A stretch of DNA of 64,000 bases from Trichinella spiralis (Eukaryota). The DNA lies in the NCBI RefSeq assembly GCF_000181795.1, contig NW_003526943.1, positions 10,861,759-10,925,758 on the forward strand, given 5' to 3'. Shown here in pieces: positions 26,522 to 38,763 of this stretch. The notes under the pieces are model-generated. The model did no database searches, was not told the DNA's origin, and saw nothing but the letters and a program-made list of their open reading frames with translations. The first letter of the stretch is position 1, and every line of letters starts with the position of its first letter. The position numbers were made by a program, and so were the translations under genes.

Positions 26522-27919
26522 ACAGTACGAGGCATTTATTGATTGTTTAAATTTTATGCTATTGCTGTGCACATTATGTAATTACATTCTTTGCTTCATG
26601 AAGAAAATTTGAATGTGTCATGAGCAACATTTCTGGTTTAACTTTATATCTACCTGCATGTCAGTTTTGCAATTTTCAAATATTTGAATAAATGAAAATC
26701 AATATTTTACTGTGGTCTAAAAATTAGATGATCTGAGCATATATATATTTGTTTTTGGTGAGTAAATGATTAGATTGTTTTTCTGCGGAAATATGTTTTA
26801 TGAGATATATACTGCTTGTATAACCGAATGCTTTAAAAGAAACGTTCCATATGGAGCCAAATATAAATGAATTCTATTCCATTTAATGAAGCCATTTGAT
26901 TTAAATTGGCACAACAGAATTAATACAGTCCACTTGAACCTGCACACCATGATAGTTCATTAAAAATATCCGATTTTTTATATCCCATATATTAAAAGAA
27001 TATTTCTAGCAAAATGGACGACTAATTTCAAAATTTGCAAATTTCGACATATAATTAATAATTCTGCTCATAACACGGTTTCATACTTCAAAAAGTTTTT
27101 AAGTTTAACACTACTTACTTATATGTATACTGTATTAATTTTATACTTTCATGTTATAGTCAACGCGAATTATGTACTGTAGCATTTTGGAAGTTATTTG
27201 AATGAGTTTGTCAAGAAATCGTTCTGTAATGCATATTTGTAAAAAATTTTATTTTTTATTTTCTGATTAACAAATTTTATTATGAATTTATTGCAGAAAT
27301 TCTTTGATTTTATAAAAAAAGTCTTTCATTCTTATCTGAACTGACTATAAAAATACTATTTATGTCGCATAAATTTGTTTTGCTTCATTTTATGCTCTAA
27401 AGTTTTAATGCTAGAATTGATTGTCCTACACCAACAGTGTGATCATTTATTAAATTGTGTATGATTATGTGCAGTGTTGTGTATTTTAAACAAATCTTTT
27501 GCTATTCTGATTTCATAAATCTTAATTGAAATTTAAAAATGAGAACTTTGTAAATAGACAGCATAATATTTCTGATATTTACTGACCTTGGCAGTAAAAT
27601 GAGAAATTGCTTTGCTGTCATTTACGTTGACCAGTTCACCTACAGTTACAAATGCAGCCAATTTCGCATTTAAGTTGCATTTTCCTGTGGAAAAGCATAT
27701 ATATTTTGTGCCATGAAGTTATTAAATTTTATGAATATTTAACCAAATTGAACCAAAAATGTTTATGAAAAAATAATCAATTTTAGGCTGTTGTTGTAGT
27801 TTGAGCTCGGTGTAGATTCTCAACCAGAATATTGGTATTCTATTTGTAACTCGTTATTTTGGTGCGGCTGGATTTTTGTTGTAATTGTTTGGTACATTTG
27901 ATTTGCCTGGAAAAGAATA

Positions 27920-29161
27920 ATGATAGAAATAACTGATTGTCAAAGTAATAACTTGGGAATCTTCCATTTTACTCATTTAATAATATATTTAAGAAATTGG
28001 CGTCGGTTTGGCTGGCTTTGGAATATCTTTCATATTTTTTGGAGTGTTGTTTTTTTTTGATAAAGGCCTTTTGGCTATTGGAAATGTGAGTTGATGGCAA
28101 TTTCATTTTGCTTGCTATTTTAAAGCACAATTATTTCTGCTACATTTCGATAAATTCTTAGATTGAAAATGTTAATATAGACAATGTTGCTATTAAAAAT
28201 TTATGCTAATTTTTGAGTTAATAATAAGATACTTTTTAACATCATATGTTAAAATTTTAGTAATTATTAAAGCAAATGGAAATCATTGATTTGCACAGTT
28301 GTGGTATAAATGTAATGCTGTGTTGTAGATTTTGTTTATTTCTGGACTAACTTTTGTTATTGGAATTGAAAGAACTGGGCGATTCTTTTTCCAATCTCAC
28401 AAGATCAAAGGCACAGTATTTTTTTTCTCTGGTATTGTCATCGTGCTTTTTGGATGGCCAGTAGTTGGTATGCTTGTAGAATCGTATGGATTTTTCTCCC
28501 TCTTCGGGTAATTTGATTTTTTGGTTTAATTTTCATATTACCTTCTATATTGCATTTGTTTGCAGAGGCTTCATTCCAACTGCTGTCAATTTCCTTAGGC
28601 GAATACCGATAATTGGTACAATTTTGAATCTTCCCGGAATAAGACAGGTACTTCCTCGGAATGAAATTTGAGTTCACATTATATGGCAATAAAAATTCAC
28701 TTTTCAATGCATGTGATTGTGAAAAACTTATGTAGCAGGCATGTTAGATAATCTTTGAATGGACTATTGGAAATTTTTTACTCTTTATATATCGACTAGT
28801 ATATGTTGTGCAAGAGTTTTGCTCGTGTATTTATAATTTGAATTTGAATATTTCATATTTAGGCATGCAAAATGCACTAATATGGTTATGTTGAAATGAA
28901 TAAAATGCAATAAACATTAGATTTATTGAAAGCGTGGTAGTTAATTTTTTGTTTTACTAATTCAACGTAAGAATGTGAAGTTTTTGCCAAAACAGTTGCT
29001 ACATAAGAGCATTATTATTCCCATAAATTAATCTGTTCTCATTGGTTTGCAAGCAAAATTATCTGCAATAATTATAAAAAATTTAAAATTCAGTTTTAAT
29101 GTGATCATGTGTTTTTTAGATTTTCGATAAATTTGCACCTGAGTCGAAGTCTATGGTGTAG
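27920..29161 (+). CDS. GOLT1B: Vesicle transport protein GOT1 (Got1/Sft2 family), 5 exons
   Basis: MIEITDCQ|KIGVGLAGFGISFIFFGVLFFFDKGLLAIGN|ILFISGLTFVIGIERTGRFFFQSHKIKGTVFFFSGIVIVLFGWPVVGMLVESYGFFSLF|GGFIPTAVNFLRRIPIIGTILNLPGIRQ|IFDKFAPESKSMV*; all introns GT-AG. Confidence 0.95.
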
Positions 29162-29480
29162 AAGTTCGACAAATATTTCAAAAAATTGAATGTCTGTTAC
29201 CGGTATTCTTCTGTCAATTTTCGTTGAAGATCACTTTTGATTTGCTTGTTATTTTATTTTAACGATTTAGATGCTCAAATTGAATAAAATATTGTTATTG
29301 TTTTGTTACACTGAGAATTTGAATAAGATGGGTCAATAAAGTAGGAAATAAATTTGCATTTTAACTTATCGAAATTTTGGTAGATAAATTTTTTAATGTA
29401 ATGAAAATATCGATTTAGTAATACTTTTTTTGATTTTTATATAAATTTTATATATGAATATATGGGAGTATTGCATCAGC

Positions 29481-29553
29481 GTCCTCGTTGTGTAGTGGTT
29501 ATCACATCTGCTTAACACGCAGAAGGTCCCTGGTTCGAGCCCAGGCGAGGACA
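29481..29553 (+). tRNA. tRNA-Val (AAC)
   Basis: GTCCTCG/CGAGGAC acceptor stem, TCTGC-TTAACAC-GCAGA anticodon arm, CCTGG-TTCGAGC-CCAGG T arm, and a TTTT terminator just downstream. Confidence 0.95.
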
Positions 29554-30080
29554 GGCTTTTCAACGTTGATATTACATTTTCACTGTTTTTTAGCATAACT
29601 ATCAACGGGCTGCTATTTAATATTTTTGCAGTTCTTATCACATACTGATTTCATAAATCTGTAAATGTCTGTTATGTGTGTAAAAAATAAAAATTTTTAC
29701 AAATATGCATCATAGAACGGTTTCTTGACAAACTCATTATGTATGTAAAAATATTATGTAACAAATTGTCACATTTATAATTGTAGCTGCGTTTTTGTTA
29801 GAAAACAGTTTATCGAACATTCATACCAGTGCATTGGAAATTATTCTATTTATCCCTGAACATGAAATAAATAATGTTATTTTAAAAAAGAAATATTTGA
29901 ATATTATTGCATTCAAAAAGAGTTGTTCTAAAATATGTATAATAAAAGTTAAAGTAATAGTGATGTTTAGCGATATTTGCATAATTTAAGTTTATAATAA
30001 ATAAATTGATGTAAATTTATTAAATTATCAATGAAAAAAAATTATTTATGATTAAATTTAAAAAAAGCCATTTTTATCAG

Positions 30081-31627
30081 ATGAGTATGTGCAATTTGTG
30101 ATGTTTTAAGAAAATACAACAGTTTTTCAACGATTTTGATGTGATATGAGCAACGCTATTGGTGGTGAAATTTTTTTAGTAAAATTGAAACAAGCTAATC
30201 ACAATAGTTATTAGTCTGCTGTTTGCTTCAATAGCAGCTGTGATTATGCAAAATTGTTGCACAATCTTATTCGTTTTGCTTACTGAGCAATAAAATGTTC
30301 GAAAAATTTTAAAAATGTAAAAATGTAAAAAAACTTGTAAACAACGAATTTCATATTAGGCTGTTTAGCATTTTTGATTATTTTGAGCACTTCTTTGGCA
30401 ACGTTATTCAATTTTATTTGATACTTTAATTTTTATTTTGTTTGGCTTTTCATGCAAAGTTAAGGCAGGTATGATACTGGGGTACTGTATGGAAGCATTT
30501 TTTCGACCAATTTCTTGTTAGTTATAGTTTGATTGCATGCCTATGAGAGTAATTTCATCAGTAGAATGAAATAATTCAGTGGTGGCAAAAACTTGCTTTT
30601 ATTGAAGTAATCAAACATTATTTAAATTATTTTCGTTTTCTAATTATTTTCAAGTACTACTGCCATTAAGTTTTTTGTTTCTTAAATGCGTCATTAAGCC
30701 AATATTCCAGTCTGATTGTGCATCTTTAAATATACATAAATTTTTTTTATTGTTTTGTAAATGGTAAGCTTTACATTCCAAGTTTTCACAAAATTGCACG
30801 TTCTGAAATCTTGAAGTTGTTTAATTGAAATAAAAAAAATATCCCAATTTGTTACTTAAATAGTGTAAAACTATTTGATTTTTAAACCAGCTTTGTTAAA
30901 CATTTTAAGTTAAATTGCTTTAATATTTAAAGTTAAAATAATGGATGCACAAAATATTTTCCCCGTTATTCAAGAAATATACGTTGAAATGAATTTATAT
31001 TAGTTGTTAGTATTTTTTATTTTTTCACTAGGCGTCAATTCGAATATTATTTCAATGTCAACAAATTTAAATATTGAAATTCGAAAAGTGTTCAGTGGAT
31101 GGCCATTGGTTTTGAACTGTCAAAGCAACGGTGCCAACCAGGACAAAAAATCCGTTTGCTGGTGGTTTCAACAAAATAATCACACATATTTAATACCATC
31201 GAATAATGCTACACTAGCAGTAATGGAAAAAGCCAATTTAACACTTTTGACAGTATCGCCTGAAATTTCAGGGTATCATTTCATTTGCGGCTACCAGAAA
31301 AGAGCGTTGAGACGATTTGAAATTAAAGTGATGCTTTGCAATGACGATGATCCTTGCAACGGGCGTGGCAATTGTTTAACCTATCAAAATGATAAAATTG
31401 CACCCATAGTCTATTGTAAATGCAAAGATAAATATTTTGGCACTTTTTGCACTGAACATATTCCAATTGAATCATTTGTCAAGATGACTATAGTTGGCTG
31501 TTTAATTGCAATTTTTCTTCTTGCAACCGCTGCATATGCTCTTTTGAGGACAAGAAGCAAACGTATGTTGCAAAAGAAATCAAAGAAAAAAATTAAAAAA
31601 TTCTCAAAAAAAGAAAACATCTTTTGA
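30081..31627 (+). CDS. Type I membrane protein with Ig-like domain, one EGF domain, TM helix and basic tail
   Basis: Main exon 31032-31627 has Ig-like LVLNC...VCWW...NLTL...SGYHFICG, EGF C-x5-C-x5-C-x13-C-x-C-x8-C, TM TIVGCLIAIFLLATAAYALL and a Lys-rich tail. A phase-compatible signal-peptide exon is at 30388-30468 (LLWQRYSILFDTLIFILFGFSCKVKA G|gtatga). The ATG micro-exon 30081-30084 is tentative. Confidence 0.75.
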
Positions 31628-34600
31628 AATAAAGTAATCTATAATATTTGCATGGTATAGCTCTAAATATGATATAGAAAAATTTTCTTGTTAATATTTT
31701 CTTGCTTAATTTTGTTAATCAGATAAATTTATAAGTATTTGTGCTCAAATTGTCTAATAACAATTCCTCATTTTGAATACCACCACAAGTCCACAGTGCT
31801 CGTTAAAAATGTCATTCAATGTCTAAAATAATTATTATATTTATGACTGCGCAGTACAGTCAAATGTATCTTCATTCATTTCTATTTATGGAGCGCGTTA
31901 TAGATTACAATTTAGGGCTTCATTTTATTAATCGTATAAATTGGATAGTACATATGTATATATATATTTTTTTGAAATTTATATTATGAAATGTACTTTA
32001 TTAAATGTAGTAGTTTTAAAATGAATTTTTCTTGAGCAAATGTAATTTCAAAGATATGCCGAAATTGCAATTATACTAGTGCGTTTTAATTAACTGTTGA
32101 CCATTTCACATAATAATGAGTCGCAAAGCATTTCAAATATCAAAGCAGAAGCATTTCAGCTTTAGTTTGTTTATAAAGTCAACAGATTAATTTTTCAACG
32201 AATAGCAGTCAATTATAATGGTTGCTTGTAGAAAGGATTAGTGTTAAATTTTCAACATACAAAAGTAAATTAAGATTATCGGATAATTTCTCTTACATTT
32301 TTAGTAAGAAAATAAGTGCATATACTTAATTAATTAGTTACTTATTGAACTTTTGGATTGTTAAAATTGCTTTTTTAAATAAATAATAAAAAAGTTTTAT
32401 TTTTGCGTTATTGCTATTCATATATGTTGGAAATGGAAAGTTCATTGATTAACAATTAAGTGAAATTTACGTCAAACCAAATACCCTTAATTAGATGCAT
32501 TTCTGCATCACAAAACACAAACCGAATTATGACCATTTGACCTGCTTTGCATCAACGAAAATATTATTCAAAGGGTGGGGCAGACAAGATTTATTGAAGT
32601 GGGGCAGTTAAGTTGTAAAATATTTCAATACGATTTAAATCTTGAGAATTTAATTCAAATAATAATGCAAAATATTTTTTACAGAAAGCATTGAATAGCA
32701 TTTTATACGCATTCCATTGTAATGTAATTGAGTGCAATGTCTGCTGTTTAGAGTTAAATTGCTCATGTTGCTAATGGCTTTTAAGCGTATTCAATTTGAA
32801 AATATTTTATTATTTCAATCAGGAAAAAAGTGAAATTTTAAAAGTCAACTTCTGTCTATACACTCACCTATGTTTGATGTACAAAATGTAATTAAATTAA
32901 ATAATTTGTAACAGATGACCATGCAGAACAACTGATGATAATTTTTTATAATATACCTCGTGTGTCTGTTGTTTTTCAAAAAATGAGCAAATCACTATTT
33001 TTTCTGTCAAATACAGTAATTTTTGATTGAATATATTTTTCTTTATATAAGCTTTGAATAGAGAGCTTTTATACCAATTGAAGACATTAAAACACGTAAT
33101 AAATTTTGATCATGTTCAATTCAGAGGGTAGCTTCCTGCCCCTTTTTTGTCAACTGGATGCAAATAACCGTATCATACAACGAAAGCGTGTAACATCATC
33201 CGGTAATAGCGTACAGGACAATAATAGATGTGCTTTTACAATAACATGTATTAATATTACATGTACAATAATTTTTTTTGTCAATTTCAATATTAATGCT
33301 GTGTATTTCAATTTTGGCTGAAACTTCTGGTAATTTATTTTGTGCTTTTGTGTTTCATAAAATGCTATTTTTAAAATTAAATGTTCATTATTGCAATTAA
33401 ATAGATCATTTTTATAACTTGCTGATATGATTAGTGAGTACTAATGACTTTATGAAAGAAGCAGATTAGGAATAGATGCAGGTAAAATAAAGTTTATTTC
33501 AGTATATTATTCAACTCATTTTATCTTTCTTGATAAAATGAAGTAAATTAACTTGCATAATCTATCTATATACATATGTAGATTTGCAAAATATTTTACA
33601 GCACAAACATTATAATTTAATGTGCAGCGATAAATAAATAAATAATAAATTCGGGTTGTTTTTACGTTAAAGAATTATAAATTGAATTAGTTCAAAAAAT
33701 TCATTCTAAACTGACAAATAAGTGAATGGTTTTTATTCATTTAAATTAAGATAAGCATCAGTTTTAAAGCGTAATATATTTTCACGGTTGAACAATAATA
33801 ATATTTGAATGATGATATTTCAACAAATTTATGACGTACTGGATTTGAAATTTTGCAATAGTTTAGAATACTCTTGATAGCAGCTATTTTATTTGTGTAT
33901 GAAAATAAAAAATTCATATCTGTAAGCATGAACAAAAAAAATTTTTCGATTTAAATATATCTACTCACTACTACTCAAACTGTTTGCTCATTTGACCAGT
34001 TAATAAAATCAATCTTATTGGTACTAGTACAGTGTTATTACACGTTTGTATATATATGCAATAAGAATATGAATGCAATAACAAAATTATAAATTTTTTG
34101 ATTCCACCTGATGATGAATAAACGAATAAAATAAATAACTAGTAAATGATGTGAATAAATTTTTAAAATCCATACTTCAATTCTTCTTTTCTGAAAAAAA
34201 TATGTTCCAAAGCATAGAAGTTGTTGGATGTAAAATAATTTAACGATTGTGATAATTTTTAATAATTTAATATTATTGCTTTATTTATTGTGGAAATTAC
34301 TAATGCAAAAGTAACTGCATCAGTTTCAAAAGCTTTTCAAATTATTAGCCTGAACTGCATTTCCATTATTAAATAAATTATTACTGCAATTGTGCAAAAG
34401 ATATACTTTGAATAGGAACTGTTGACACATGTTTCTGAGCTAACAATTATGAAAAGTAAGTAAAAATTTTCAATTTATTCAAGTTAATCATTATTTTAAT
34501 TGTCTTTGAAGAATTTTGTGGTGAAGTTTATTTCACTTACGCCAACACAACTGACCTACATGTGGAACATTTAAGCGATGTGCATTTTCACCAATTGCAT

Positions 34601-37600
34601 CATCTAAAAAAATTTTGTGTAATTTTTCTATTGAAAAATTTCCACGCATTATCCACCCAAATAGCTAGTACGTACTTTTAATATTTATGTTTTACATGAA
34701 ATTATGAATATTTAGAGGAAATATTAATCTGATATATTATTTAATTTTTCATTGTCATTTTTTTCATATGTTTTTAAAGAAGTTACCTATGATAAAGCGG
34801 GTAGTATAACCGCTTAGCATAAGTATGTAAATTCATTGGCATTTGTTTCAATTTATTTGTTATTATCAACTGCAAGCAAAAATTTAACATTTATCATCTT
34901 TTTTTCGAAATATATTAATTTTGAATTGAAAAAATTTTGATGAACAAATTTAATAATAATATTTTGCTTTACATAAATTTTTTTCTGACTTATTCTGAAA
35001 ATCATAATTTACTAAGAAAATAAAATTTTAATGAAATAATAAATTTCATGAAAATCAGTGTTGCTTTAAAAATCACGTGGTTGTAAATAAAGATATCAGA
35101 ACAATAAACTACGATCAAATGCTTCATATATTGTATATGATACATATTTTCCAAATAAACATAGATATATATATGCAAAATAATAAGTTATAAAAGAAAC
35201 TAAAAGCAGTTCTTTGTATTGTATAAGCAATTCAAATCGGTCTTTTGAATGTATTTGGGGTTAAAATGAAAATCTATAAAATTTCTTGTTTCATAAAAAT
35301 TTCAAGGAGAATAATTATCATTAATGGTGACGCTGTAATGGAAAACATGATTCAATATTTCACATTTGAGCATCATCTATTCTGCTTAAGTCGTGCAAAT
35401 TCAAACTGATCACAAACTAGTAATTCGAGTTATATTGTCTCGATAGCTTTAATTTGTTAGAAAATTTCGTCTGAGGGCAGTGGAAAAATGATATGCATTC
35501 TTATATAATAGCCATCATGAAAATGAAGAAACAGGTTTGCTTACAAAGCAGCTACTGCTCTTCATGGCTTTATACTTTAAAAAATTTTATTTTTAATAAT
35601 TTTACAAGTAGAAAAATTTATCTTCATTTTTCAGTTGCTTATTCAAAGGAACAATCAGATGCTTTTTGAAATTACATTTTTGCCTGATGTTTTACTTTCG
35701 ATTTTTGTTTTCATCTTAAATTCTCATTTGTGCACTTTAACGGAGTTTCTCACGTTGAAACAATATTAATATGTGATCCAATTAAAATGAAAAAACTTTT
35801 CATCTTATATAATATTTATATTTCAAATATTATTAAAGTGCAAGATCTCTTTACAAAGAACACTGTTAAGTTTGTGTTTATACGTGGCATGTGCTCAATA
35901 ATTAATTAATTAAATTTTATTCATTTACCACACTGAATTATTTGAATGACATATTTTTTCATTTGAAATTTCCTAAATTATGCGCATAATAATTATAAAA
36001 TTTTCCATAAACAAAAACTGGTTGCACCAATTTTGATGCTTCGCCAAGAATATACTGTTCATCATAATAAAAAAAGAAATAAATAGATTTTTTATTGCAC
36101 AATCGAGATATGCTTTACAGTATATACTGTACATTTAAACTTTATAAACTGACGACATCAAAAACAACAACAAAATTTTTAAATAAAGTTATTTTCCAAT
36201 TTTATTTGTCAGCAGTTATTCAGGGCTTTTTGATGATGCAATCATTTGCACTGATTACAATCTCATATGATAAGAAAAATGCTGTTATTGCACAAAACAG
36301 TTGATATTTTTTTTGTTTTTACTTTAAAGTAAACATAATTGAAAATATATTTACGCTTACACTTTACTGTTTACTTGCTGATGCAAGCTATTGATATCCT
36401 GACAAGTTCAGTAGCTATTCAAATATATTAGTGAAAAGATTCTTCCGCTTTCGTTTCTTGCTCTTCTCTATACACTAATATTTCGCGGGTGTGAGTATAA
36501 TTATTAAATATATTTGCATAAAAATGATAAAGATTTACATGCATACATACATGCATATATAATATATATCATTTGAATATGCACGTTTCTTCAGGAGACA
36601 TAATTAATTGATGCTTTATTGCAATATCAAACAAGTTTTGTTTTTTCATAATCATATTATTTTTATTGTATTTTTTGGAAATTGCGCTATATTCCCTTTT
36701 CAAAATATTTTTTATATTAAACAAAATGTACAACATACAATTAACAAATATTTTTGCTTTACACGCTTTAGTACATAATATCACATTGCATTTTAGAAGT
36801 TTATCTTTGTCAATAAAAATGTAAACAATGTTTACAAAATATGAATTTCCTATAAAACTACTGTTTATTGCATAAAATATACCCAAATTTATGCATTTAA
36901 TATTCATTTTAAACTAATGTGAATATTTATTTGTGTATTTGACGTTAATTTTTTAAAATAAATTTTTAAGTTCATATGTTTATATAATAAATCAAATTAT
37001 ATAATACAGTGTGCAAACTTATTCAGTCTGTTTAAGGTTGTTTAATTCTAATTTTCAATTTTCATTTAAATTTTTGCTCAACATGATTAATAAGTTTATT
37101 TTTATACGATGAAGCTGCAGCTTTTTGTCGTATTTTTTAAAAATAAGTTGCAGTTATTATTGATACTCGATCAAGCTGAATCATAATTGCTACGTCAAGT
37201 TGAAAAAAGAGTATTATTGTTCATTTCAAAAAAATTGTTTTGTTTTATTTGTCATCTTTGATCATCATTAATGAATTTCTGAATTATTTTACTTTTCAAA
37301 TTCTATAATTCAAGTAATTATTATTAATTTCTATCATGGCAGCTAATGACGTCATCATAAAATTAGCTTTCACAGGTGACAGACGGAAGGTATTTTATCT
37401 AGATCAGAAAGACGCATCAAATGCACAAAATTATGTGAATGAGGTTACGACTTGAATTTTATTTTGTTTTATTTTTTTAATTCAGTGTGTAATAACTTAC
37501 TTAATAGTCGTCAATTATTCAATTCATGTTCGAATTATATATCTAAACAGCTACATAATAGTGTCGATTACATTTCATTATTGTGATGAAATACAGTGAA

Positions 37601-38763
37601 CATGCAAAAATAGAATGTTTACAAATATGCTTTGAAAATAAATTTTAATAATAATTTTTAAAATACAATTACTCATTAAATATTAATAAAAAACAAAACA
37701 AAACAAAAGCATAAGCAGAAGTAAGCGGAGTGTCAAATAGAGAGAGCTTTTTGGCGGACAAGAGCAGAGAATGACATCAACCGATGCTGTGATGAAAAGC
37801 TAAGCGGAAAGGGTTTCGACGTGTGCATTGTTGAATTAACCAGTTTCGTACCGTTTGAAGGAGCATTGAAAATTTCTGTATAAAATTAATTTTTTCGCAA
37901 AAATTCACATATTATCAAAAATGCTGAAAGTATCTGCTACAGTTTTTGACAATCTTCTTTTTTAAGCTTTCAAAGAAATTTTTCAATTCTTAAAATGTTT
38001 TTTCATGACATACGTCACTTATCAAGGTAACTACTCTCCGAATTGCTTAAATTTAATAAATATGATGATTAATTATAAATTTAATCAGTTTCAATTTTAC
38101 ACAGCATAACAAGCAAACACAACATGTATACTTACTTATTCATATCCAGCAATGCAAATCATGCTTTTAAATAAATGTGCTAATTCAGCATAAATTTATT
38201 ACTTTGTTTTTTTTCAAAATTATTTTTTATCAACTAATTAGTACTGAAAATGATTTGGATTCAGATTTGTGATTTAAGTGATGTAGAGAAAGTTTGATAA
38301 AGCAGTAATAATAATAGCCTGATTTTTTTCTCCACAAGGTGGTGCAGGCACGTAAGGAGTAATAAAAAAAATAAAAAAATAAAATTTCTTTTCGTTTGTA
38401 ACAGAGGTAAATTGGAAAAAAAATTTACAATTTCTCAGTTGGCATAATTTTCCGCTCTAATATGCAAATATTTGAATAACTTACTCTGCTGGTAGTTGTT
38501 ATTTGTTAGATGAAATTTAAAATGCTTAATTTTAACAAAATGAAGCATGTAATAATAATAATAATAGTAGTAGTAGTAGTAGTGCTTTGTAATGAATTCA
38601 AATTGTTTAATAATCTGACTCATGATTGTATGTATAATTGTAGCAAAGCTCCATATGTTGCATTACAGAAGATGTTCTTCGAGAAATGTAATTTTCTTCT
38701 TTTTGATATTGTTTCAGATAATTTAATTTGTGAATGAAACGTCACTGAAAGAGAGAAAAAGAA

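Noticed and set aside
37335..37443. Short ATG-initiated exon-like segment (MAANDVIIKLAF...) upstream of PepT
   Set aside because: An in-frame TAA at 38719 blocks extension of the PepT ORF; at most a 5'UTR exon or uORF.
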